Below, in pieces: positions 10,114 through 22,100 of a DNA stretch of 64,000 nucleotides; the first letter of the stretch is position 1; each line of letters begins with the position of its first letter. The DNA is taken from NCBI GenBank assembly GCA_964035545.1, contig OZ037773.1, positions 9,515,751-9,579,750 on the forward strand, in the 5' to 3' direction. The translations under genes and the position numbers were made by a program. The DNA comes from Bugula neritina. Taxonomy: Eukaryota; Animalia; Bryozoa. The notes beneath the pieces are model-generated. The model did no database searches. It was given only the letters and a program-made list of their open reading frames with translations, and had not been told where the DNA came from.

Positions 10114-13100
10114 GTGAGTTGACTATTCAATTTCTCATAAGCTAGCTCTGTTTGCTATATGTCTAATTATGTCAGTTTTAGTAATGTGCTGTTGTGATTG
10201 GCAGTTAATGTTTTTGAAATCAGCATGTCAACTTGCATTTCAAGTAAAGTGACATAAAATATAGATTTAACATGCATGGCAGCCAAAACTGACAAAGCTG
10301 TCAAAGTTACATCTCAAATCACATTTCATAGTTTAGATTTATTGAATTTTTTTGTCAGCATAGAAATACTGTGGGGGGGGGGAGTGAGGAGCCCAATAAT
10401 TATTACTAACTCACTACCCGCTGATTTGAGTATGAAGGACGTATGTTAGCTATGCTGTGAAATTCTCATGTGTTTTTGCTGTTTAAGTTGAAGTAACTTT
10501 GATAAATATATTTGAGATTCTGAAATAAACAAAGCAGTTGAGTTCGCATATCTAATCTATACTTATAGCCCCTTATGAAGTGTTCTAATAACTAGCCTCT
10601 TCTAGCATAGTGACTTATTCTACAGCTAGTTTATAGATGAGACATGATATTCATGTTACTTATTCTCAAGTTAGGAGTTAGGCACAGTTTAGCCTGTACA
10701 TGTTATTAGCATTCACTTGAATAATAGAAAGGGAATTTGTTATGGGTTTTTTTCTTCCATTTCTACTAGTTTCACTCATAGTAGTTGTGTACACTATAGA
10801 TTTACCTGCATACTCTTGTTTAGTAACTGCTAGTATGCTATAGTTTTACCTGCGTACTCTTGTTTAGTAACTGCTAGTATACTATAGATTTACCTGCATC
10901 TCTTGTTTAGTAACTGCTAGTATACTATAGATTTACCTGCGTCACACATGACATGCAATAAACTACACCTGTATGAATCAAGCTGATAAATTAAGGGAAG
11001 TGGAATGGGTGGGTGGAGGCAGGCTTCCATTATTATTAGTTCATTGGACACTCTTGACTAATATGAATTAATAAGTTGTCTGTCAGGGAAATTGTGGTTA
11101 TGGTAGTGACATGCTTTATGGTATGGTTTATCCTTTTGAGACTTCTGATTCATGCCTATGCAATACAAGTAGTTCTTCATTTATAAGTATTTACTAACTA
11201 TTTATTAGCTAAGATAGCAGGTAGTAGTCTGGTGTCAATAAACTGCAGGTAAACGGGGCACAGTGCACACCTGGTACAAGTTTATACAAGTGTAGATCAT
11301 AAACAATAGTTTAGTTAAAGAGGCTAGCGGTCATTGAGGTGCAGCAAATGTGTAGGGTATGGGAATTATGTTCTCTTTGTTGAAGAAAATGCTTGACCAA
11401 CTACTAGAAACCCAAACGATACAATTTAATTTGTAGCTGGAGTTATTCATATTCATACAGCAAAAGTAGGGTGAAATTTTGTACCACCTTCTGCTAGGTT
11501 TCATTAGGGACAAAGCCTAAAATTTCTAGCTTTTGGCTAAAACCAAGCAAAACAATTTTGGCAGCTTTATGTTCTGAAATGAGCTATAAATCATCTGCCA
11601 GGCTGTAGCTATAGTGAAGTGTGCTGCTTTACAACTATTGGTCAAAGTAAGGGCCTTTATCTTCTAATTCAAACTGCAGTTTTGAATTTAATTGAAAGTA
11701 TAAATTTTGAAACAAACATTCTATGATAAGAAGTAGTTTAACTGTTTTTCAAATGACTAGAAAACTGTTTTACTTTGTGTTGATTGAGAAAGTTGGACCT
11801 CATATGCTTTCAGTTTTAGGTGGGAAGTTAATTTTAGTAGATGTATTATGTTGAGTGTATATCGAGGGTTACAGGGCGGACACTAATTATAACCAGAAGT
11901 ACATTTGTAATTATTCCATGACTTATCAAAGGTAAAGGGAGTTTGAATGGTGTACGTACTTGGTATCACCTTGCACCAACCTCTTGCTATCAGGGTATTA
12001 TACAAGCACTGAATACTTACACAAGTTTCATAATTACTGATTTAAATTAAGTTTGCCTACTCAGTACAAGTTCCAGGTCTGTTTTGCCTGAATTTTTCAG
12101 TTCTCGTTCATTTTTTCAGGACTTCTATGCATTGTGGAATATATACAACTTTAATTATATAATTTGAAAGAAAGGCATTTTTCAAGTGTTAATATAATAT
12201 CAAATATCATTATTTTCTGAAATTTAAAATAGCGTAGGAAGGTTTTATATTTAATTGTGTTCATTTTTGGGTATTGTTCCAATGTTTTACTAATAACAGT
12301 AAATGATGACCCAAAGACCAGTTTTTTGATTTTGTTTGGTTATCACATGGTGGTTGTATTTTTATCTTCAGGAGGTACAAGTGATGACACTGGAAAGGAG
12401 ACAGATAGCAGTACGGAGAGCCAGGTGCTGCCTCTAGACTCGGTGAAAGGAGATAGGAGTGACGGAGAGGCTAATAGCAGCACTGACAACCAGATGTTAC
12501 CATCTGACTCACCATCTGAACCATCTTCTGGTCACAGAGGACTAAATCTCATTCAAGAACTCTTGCCTGATCAACCAACCAGCTCCAATACTGGTAGTAT
12601 TCCGGAAAGTTCTTCTGCTCAAGACATTCTTGACGAGCTGAATGCTGGAGAGGATGATGAGGCGATGGCAGCTGTATCTCTGTTCGACCTAATCACTGGC
12701 ATGACCATTCCTGAAAGTACAGAGGAGATACCACACACAGAGCAAACTGAAGATGGACCACACACAGAGCAAACTGAGGGTATGCCACACACAGAGCAGG
12801 ACAAGGAAATACCACACATGGAGCTAAGTGAGGAGATGCTGCACAGAGAGCATGGTGAAGATATACCACACTCAGGGCAAAATAAAGATATACCACACTC
12901 GGAGCATGGCGAGGATTTCTCTCACACAGAGCATGGCGAGGATTTCCCTCACACAGAGCATAACGAGGATTTCCCTGACACAAAGCATGACGAGGATTTC
13001 TCTGACACAGAGCATGACGAGGATTTCCCTGACACAAAGCATGACGAGGATTTCCCTGACACAAAGCATGGCGGAGATTCACCTGACACAAAGCATGGCA

Positions 13101-16100
13101 AGGATTTCCCTGACACAGAGCATGGCGAGGATTTCCCTGACAGAAAGCATGGCAAGGATTTCTCTGACACAAAGCATGGCGAGGATTTCCCTCACACAGA
13201 GCATAGCGAGGATTTCCCTGACACAGAGCATGGCGAGGATTTCCCTCACACAGAGCATGGCAAGGATTTCTCTGACACAGAGCATGGCGGAGATTTACCT
13301 GACACAGAGCATGGCGAGGATTTCTCTGACCCAGAGCATGGCAAGGATTTCCCTGACACAAAGCATGGCGGGGATTTACCTGACACAGAGCATGGCGGGG
13401 ATTTCCCTCACACAAAGCATGGCGAGGATTTCCCTCACACAGAGCATAGCGAGGATTTCCCTGACACAGAGCATGGCAAGGATTTCTCTCACACAGAGCA
13501 TGGCGAGGATATCCCATACAAGGAGCATAGCAAAGATATCCCCGACGAAGAGCAAAGTGAAGATACACCACACACAAAGCAGGGAGGGGATATCCTAGAT
13601 ATACCGCACACGGAGCAAAGCAAGGATATCTCAGACAAACAGCAAAGCAAGGATTTCCTTCAAATAGAGCTTGGTGAGGATAGACCACACACAGAGTATA
13701 GTAAGGACATTCCACAAACAGAGTATCACGAGGAAGCAGAGCAAACCATTGATATTCCTGAAGCAGAGCAGGTCGTGGATGTCCTAGACACAGAGCAGGG
13801 CGTGGATGTCCTAGACACAGAGCAGGGCGTGGATGTCCTAGACACAGAGCAGGTCGTGGATGTCCTAGACACAGACCAGGTCGTAGATGTCCTAAACACA
13901 GAACAGGGCAAGAATATTCTAGATGCAGAGTCACATCTCTCACCCTCTGGCCATGAGTCGCCAGGTGAGAGAAGAGAAGTAGAATATGCTACAGATGTGG
14001 TGGACAGAGCAGGTAATGCTGAGGATAAACTAACTCATTTAGATGATGAAGTGGTCTCTGCAGAAAGTGAAGTACAACACGTACCATATGCAGACACAAG
14101 CAGTACAGGGAGTTTATCACAAGATGATGTTGAGGATGTGTTATCTGTAGGATGTTCGGTGACTCTACAGGATGTGCCCCGCCCAGAGCTTTCTACTGCA
14201 AGCGCAGACAACAAGCGAACACAATCACAAGGGGATGTACTCCAAGTAGAAAAAGATGCTCTTTCTGCTCAGCCTGATGCCCCACTCCGTGAGCAAGCAG
14301 ACGCAGAAAATCCAGCAACAGGAAAAGTAGAGGCGGTTGGTGCAGAAGGTGAAGACAGTCAAGTGGATCAAGGGGAGCCATCAGCCAGTGAGGTTCCACC
14401 TCTACAATTAGTGCTGGATCAGCATAAGAAAACTAGTGGAGTGGCTTCTGATGTAGAGAGTGAGTTAGGTGAGATGTTACCTGCAGATGTGGTTAGAGAA
14501 CTACACCTAGGGTCTGAGCCAGAATTGACTGGTACTGTCGATCAAGTATCACATAGCAAGGCTGCCCTTTCACCTCTATCAGTGGCTGAAAATGAATTAG
14601 TGGATTCCAAATTACCAAAGAGTAATGATGACTTATCATCCATAGAAGTTCCATTCCATGATGAAAACAGGTCTGACACTCTCAACGCTGATCTCAATGA
14701 CTTGCCCCAGGGAGAGAGTCAAGCAGATATGGAGAATGATTTGCTTACTAGTGATGTGCCAGCTGAAAACTGGTTAGATTCGACATCCCAGAAGCCTCAT
14801 GAAACAGCACAAGATGTGGTTGATCCAGTAGTCATGTCAGGTAATGGTTCACCTGGAGATGAATCAGCAAATCCAAAGCAGAATGAGGGAAAAACTTCAG
14901 TCACCGACACTTCTTCCTGTACAGCGGAACAGCTTAATGACCAACCAAAAGAAGAGATTCTATCAGACAGTCCTAAAAGTGCTGAGTCATCTATTGGTGT
15001 ACATGATAGTCCTCTAGAAAGCTACCTCTCTAGTGGTGTGGAGGAATTGATGGCGTCAGATAGTGAAAATATCTTAACAGAACTTAACAGTGCTAAAAAC
15101 AGCTCAGATTCTGAAGAGCCCACCTCACAGGCTGTAGTTGATATGGGCGGTGATAAGAGGCCTGATGGTAGTGACACGGTTGTTCCAGGTATTTCCCTAG
15201 CAGATCCGACGCTTTTAAGAACACAGGAGCCTAGTTTAAGTTTGGACAACTTGGCCGATCCCAATGCCTCTATGGACAATCAAAGTTCTCCAATTTCTGA
15301 AGAGATGGCTTTGCCTACAAGAAAATCTAATGAAACACAACCTGCTTTGCCATCTAATGATACAGTTGAGAGTGATGAAACAAGTGATTTGGAAAGGTTT
15401 AGCCAGCTGTCGAAGCAAACTGAAGAGACCGCTGTTGCTTCTCCAGCAGGAAACCATGAATCACCAAGTTCGGTTGTGGCTCCTTCTCACCAGACAGATT
15501 CTACAGTTGATGGAGCAGATTCAGTAGATTCTGCAAATCTGCCTTTTACAGAAAAACCTGTTTTACCTATTGCAAGTGCTACACCACCCCTTATTACAGA
15601 ACAGCCTCCTGAGCAACCTCTCATTGCAGATCAATTGCCTTCACAAGATGAAAGCCAAACCGCTACAACCGAGCCACACAGCATCGAAAGTCCTCCAACT
15701 AAACCGTCCGATTTACTATCTTTAGAAGATGAATTTCATCCAGCACCTGAAAAGCATCATACTGCGTCAGCACCTGCCAGTGTCATGTCCGAAGATCCAC
15801 CACCTACAGAGGGCAGAATAGAAGATTTTCCTCTTCAATCATCTGCTAAAGACATGCCCGATGAGGTTAACTCAAAATTACCTGCTGAGACAGTAGAAGA
15901 TCCCACTCTCTCAGTACCTGTTGACATTTCTAATAATTCCACCGTGCAAGCACCTGCTGGAGATGTGGTAAATGATCCTGACTGGCAAGTACCTGCAGAG
16001 GACTTGTCAGATTCTCCCAATGTTTCACCACCTACCAAGTTATTGCCAGAGAATGACAACAACTCAGCACCTTCTCTCAACGTGGCCAGCAATGGTCCTC

Positions 16101-19100
16101 CTTACGGAGCAACTGAAAACATTCTTGTTCAGTTTCCCTTGCAAGAACCTGCTAAAGATATAATAAGTGATCACACTGTGTCAGTGCCTGATGAGAACAT
16201 GTCAAGAGGGGTTACCTTGCAAGCACCTGCTAAAGATATGCACGTGTATCCTGCTGCCTCGGCAAATGAGGAGAGTCTATCAAACAGGACCGACCATCAA
16301 GCATCTGTTGAAGACATGCCAGACAAGCCTACCTTGCAAGCACCTTCTGATAACGTGCCAGATAATGAGAACATGTCAAGCGAACCTACCTTACAAGCAC
16401 CTGCTACAAACACGTCAGTTGACCCAACTGTGCTAGTTCCTGGTTTAAACCGACCAGACAGCTTGACAGAAGATGCCAGAGAGCTTTCCGCGACAGATCT
16501 CACTAGAGCACCTGCTCTTCGTGTCACAGAATCCGACAGCGAAGCTTGTGATGGAGATGAAAGTAGTGAGGGGGAAGACGATTCACCCAGACCAGGTAAA
16601 CCTTATTTACTCAGCCACTTTACAAATATCAATACTTTGTAATATATAGTCTGCTTTTTACATGGTGTTCTCTCTGTCTAACTTAGCTATGGCTTCTTTC
16701 AGATAACAGCTGGTCGTCTCTTGCTGTAGAAATCCCGCAGTTGAGTCCACAGCTCGCATCACCATCTTCTAAAGAGGTGAGTGAATGGTGCTGTTCATTG
16801 ACTAAGTTTGCATTATTTGTTATTTATTTGTTGCCATGGTGTAATGCTCATTTTTATTATATTGAATAAAATTGTTTGCTATTTAGGCTGTTGACGACTC
16901 GTCCAAGCGTTTGGTGACAGACCAGAAGCATAGCCCAGCTAGAAGACGACGTAAGAGGAGACCCAAAGCCTTCACTGGCTCCCCTAAGCTGGTTAGCTTC
17001 TTTTGCTTTGTATTCCGGCAGGAAGTTTACGGCTAAGGACTTTAGTCACCGCGACAATTTGCTCCGTCCAATAATATCTCTTATTCCGGAATATTTTATT
17101 TGTTGCAGTCTGCAAGTGGCTCACCGCCCGCCCCTTCCACTCCTTCAGTAGCCAATCAGAACAGTGATGATGAGCTGCCAGACCAATACTCAGCCAATCA
17201 CGAGTCGGATGGAGGGTCACATGACCAACAGTCAGCCAATCAAGAGTCAGATGATAACGATTACTCTGATGTAGTCAGCAGCGATAATGATGACCTTTTG
17301 AACTCCACCGGCCTATCAGAAAGTTCCAACTGGGACTATTATCAGGTGATTATGATTGGTATGCTTGATAACAGATGCTTTTTGATTGGTCAGTGTATAT
17401 GTTAGACTGATTCTGATTGGCTAATTTGCCACAATACACTCGCTTGTGATATGTAGGATAGTAGATGTGTGTGTTTTCATATTTGTTGATGTTATTGGTT
17501 AGTTTTGTTAGTAACACGCTGTGTGCACTAATAATTGTATCTCTAGTATTTATCTACACTACATCCTGTATCCATGGCAACTATGTTTGTTTACACTCCT
17601 TCACTGTTTCACACTGCAGGCTCCCACTGTTCCTATTTCGACATTATTTCAGGTAAAATACACCCCCTTTTCAATTATGTACACTTCGCTTTGCTCAACT
17701 ACCAACCGGGGTCTATAATCGGGTCTACCGGCTAGGTTTTCAGACTAACATCATATCTGGCCTGGTGTACATACGTCTAACCCACATTCAGCTACCTGTA
17801 GGTCTTTACCTACTCCCAGTCAGGCTGCAGCTTGCTTACAGCAACATTGACTGCAGTTTATTCAGATGCATAGCATAGTAAATATTGGAGTTGAATATAT
17901 GAACTATTAGTTGTTCATTAAATAAACTATCTACTAGTTTGTGTGCCACAAATTGTCTTGAGTAATCAGAATAAAATGGCTTCCAACATTCGAACAGACA
18001 TCACTGTCCAACTGAAGTGAAGTGATTTTGGCTATTTAGAAAGAATTTCTTTCAGTTGACATTATTTCTCATTGCATGGCTAATTCTATCTTCTGTTACC
18101 ACTGAGTTATCTCATAAACAGTGCATTATAGCATGGTGACAGGGGAAGGCAATTCATACTTCATCTCTCACCCCACTGCATGTGCTCATAAATTAGCTTT
18201 CACTCAATACGCAATCGCTGTGTAACTTTTAGTGGAAATGCTATTCAAAGAAGCTGGTCTAAATAAAACCCGAAAAATTTTTTTTTTCTAATTTTATGTA
18301 AAACCTGCCTTCATTTTCAACAACTCTCAACATTAGCTGCTTATAGCTAAACATATTAATCTCTAACTACAAACGCCACCTCGTTTGGCCTCGCTGGTTG
18401 CAGATAACATCTCAGCTTCTTTTTCTGCAGGACCCACCTTATAGCACTGGAACTGAGCCTGACCTAGACATAGACCTAGAACCAAAACTGGATGATAGTG
18501 TGCTGCAGTGGGACGATGAACTGGATGATAATAACGCCACCCTTACTCTAGGTGTCCAACCTCGAGAACCCAGGCTAATGGTATGAATTTCACTGGGGAG
18601 TTGTCGCCTCTTTGTTTATTGTCAACATTATTTTACCTACAAAATGTGGTTACTATAAATAAATGCTTCTATATTTTCATTTAATTTTAGTACTTAAATG
18701 TTTTCTATGGAACTGACACTTTCCAGTGTTGATACATAGAGGTGTCAACTTGTTCTTCCTGTCTGCAGGCCCACGCTGCTGCTGCCAATGACTCAGAAGA
18801 CTCGGACATTGAAGATTTGCATTACGTCATCCAGCAGTCGTCCACTCAGCTGTTGCAGGCAGATTCTGCCCTCCGCAAGCCGAGAAAAGACGTTGTGCAA
18901 TGCGGAGTCTATCTCGACCCGCAGAAGTACCTTGAGTGGCATGCCACATGTCAGACTAACATCAAGTGCTTGCAGGTTGGTGTCATGTCTGTATATAGTA
19001 CTCTGGTGTGTGTTGACACTTCTAGCAGGTGCTTGTCTTGTGTCAGGCTTTAGCAGGTGATTGTTAAATGTCATATCGATTAAAGTTCTATTAAATGGGT

Positions 19101-22100
19101 TAATTTTTTTCAACTCAAATGACAATATAAAGTCAGTAAACATGTTATCAGATAATTTCTTCTTGTTTCTAAGGGAATGTAATGTCTAGCTCTTCTCTTG
19201 TTTTAGGCATGCTCTAAGGTATCGTTACATTTACATACTAATTACTAGAATTCATTGCTTACGGCTAACTTTGTATTGCTGTGGGTTTGTGACAGGCTGA
19301 CCTGAAGTGCGATGCTATTGGCTGAACCAAACGCAGTCAGCAAACAACTAAACTTCCTGTCGTATTCCAGGCAGCATATTTGCTGCTCCGCGTGCTGTTT
19401 GTTTGCTAAGTTTCAGCTTGTGGTTGTAGGATGTTGGCACGGCATGTGCTGTGGTACGTTGCATCTTGGGAAATTCATGCATGATGTCATTTCCTCTTAC
19501 TAGCACTAGTTTCACACTTTCCTTGAGATTGATATTCACTGATCTCTGTCAATCAGTAACTCAAGTCTCTACTGTTTGGTTGTTTTTGTGAAGTTCATTT
19601 CCTCTCGTCTGCATTATTTCTTTGTGCTTGGCTGACATACCAGACTCTGTGAGCAGAAATAATCTCCATCTGAATAAGAAATAAAGAATTGGTTATTATT
19701 TATCAGACTGTAAAACACAGTATATTATTCAGTGTGGTGTTTGGTGCAGGTTATTCAGGAACATTTGGAATCTGAGCAGGGATTGGCTAATCTGACTGAT
19801 GATGACATCCAGCAGGTGCTTGATCTGATCAGTAAATGGCAGTCCTTAGAGAAAGTAAGGATACATTGTGCAGACAACTCCAACAAGCTCAGCATATTAC
19901 TGTATCTAGAGTCTAGACACTTATTTATGTAGAATAATTATTTCCTTTACCTTATTCGTTTTGTGGAATGCTAGCATTTCTTTGATTACTTCTTCTAAGC
20001 ATATCTAGTTGAGTAGCAAGCAGTTGTTTTGTGGTTTGTGATTGGTTAAAGCCATGTTAGCTCACTGTTGATTGGTTCAATGTGTTGATTAGCTGGCCTT
20101 GCAACGGAAGGAGCAAAGTGCGAGTCTGTGTAAGATGTACAGAGACATCATGGCCGGCAAGAACCAGGTGAAGCTGGCCGACGAACAGACGTCTGTGGCA
20201 GCATTCAACGATGTCGGGGAGCTTGAAGGTCACTTCCGGTCTCTTCAGGTAATATTTATATATTCAGGTAATATTTATATATATATTTATTTGTATAGAA
20301 TATAATATTTTCAGAGCTAATTGAGGTCATTGTAGAAATTGTATCTTTTTCCTTTGTATTCTAAATCAACCATCGCAATAAGTTCGCAACTCCCAAATCA
20401 TTGATACCATGTTGCAGACGTTCCGTGTGAACCTGCAGTCACAAAACCACAAACTGCAGCAGATTTCCGACTCTATGCTCGTCTTTGAATCGGAAAACAA
20501 GAAAATCAAAATGGCCGGATTCAAGCAACTTCTCAGTGAGCTGTCCAGTGAGATCAAACCCGCTATTTTGAAGTGAGTGCATTTTTCCACCTTCTGAAAG
20601 TTGTTTATGGCTATCACCACATATCTGATGTGACATCGTACAGTGTGCTGACAGCCATTTTGTTGAAGTATTACGATGTGATGGCAGCCATTTTGTGTTC
20701 TAGTGTTGGAAAGAGGACTACAGATCTTCAATATGCGGTAGTTCAGTGGCACAAGTGGAATACTGACTGCAAAGAGTTGGAGACGCATCTGGTTAAAACC
20801 TCATTTGATATCGAGTCTGTAGAACTTGGTTTATGCGAACAGAAGTAAGCCACAACTCTATCTGAAGGACTTTAGAGCAATAAATTTAGCATCCATTACG
20901 TCATAAATTGAAGACAATATTAGTAGAAGTAACTAGTTTTTTAGCCAAAGCGCAATGTTTATGTTTGAGTTTTACTTACCTAACCCTTTAGTTAGATGAT
21001 TTGAAGAGTTCATTGTTAGTTCAACATACAAGGAAACTGATTTAGATTCATCTCCCCAGTGCATAGAAGTATTAGACTTACATTAAGGATGTAGTTATAT
21101 AGGTAGACACTGGGGTGTGATGTAATCAATTAACAAGTTTGTAAACAATTAGCAGTTAGTTTAAGTTGTGTAAACTATTACACATGTTACATAAGGTAGT
21201 AACTACTCTGAAGTAGTGTAGCAGTTCAAGTTCTGCCTCTTTTTAGGCTAGTATAATATAACTCACTGCGTTTATCATTAGTTGAGTTATTCTTGTTTTG
21301 GGAATTCTTACCGATTTTTTATCATGTTGCATTTATCTGCTCATGTAAGTCTGTTGAGATGGTTAAGTGTAACTCAAGGCTAGTGTACAAATATTTAGAC
21401 TGAGTTCTATGGTTTCTGCAGGTTGGTTGAGTTGGAAGCCTCGTTCTCGGACTACAGCTCAGTCTGCACCGCTGCGGCTCATAATTTCACGGAAGAGAAG
21501 TTGGCAAATCTTCAACTTAGACTCAGTCATCTTATGGCGGATAGAGAGAAGATTGCGGGTGGAGCTGACACCGTCCCAGCACATACTGTCCATGATGTGC
21601 AGGCTGCTGGGCTTGACGACACCGGGTCAGGCTCGGCCAGTGGAGCGTGGACTGATGATAACGCCACAGTCGTGTCCCGTCTGACTCCGCCCCCTTCTCT
21701 GCTTCTGGAAGTAAGTCCTGAGGAGCCATTGAAGTCGAATAGTCTGGAGAGTGGACTCGTTACCATGGATACGGAGAGATCAGTGCCACAGTTAGAACTC
21801 ACTGCAGATGATACCGACTTCTCTAAACAAGACGAGCTGCAACCTCCAGCTGAGAAACCGACTGGGCTGGAGGTTCCTCCTGCAGATGATTCAGCAGCAG
21901 ACGTCAATGTTAAGGATGACTCGTCTGCTGCGACTCAGAAAGCAATGACTCCTTTAGTTGTTGACGTGAGTGTTGGAGATGAGCCCTGCACAACCGACAA
22001 ACCCACACCACCCTCTGTAGAGGATCTCGCCCCAACTCTGCCCATCACAGACCAGGAAAAGATTCACGTAGCCAACCGCAGTAAGAAGAACAGACGCAAC

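Noticed and set aside
12900-13520. Regular repeats resembling a CRISPR array
   Set aside because: Contiguous tandem units without unique spacers, in frame within a eukaryotic exon, with no cas genes.
12693-13943. Long antisense and alternate-frame ORFs (416 aa Cys/His-rich; 256 aa SMARISLTQ)
   Set aside because: By-products of a stop-poor 36-bp repeat; they end where the repeat ends.
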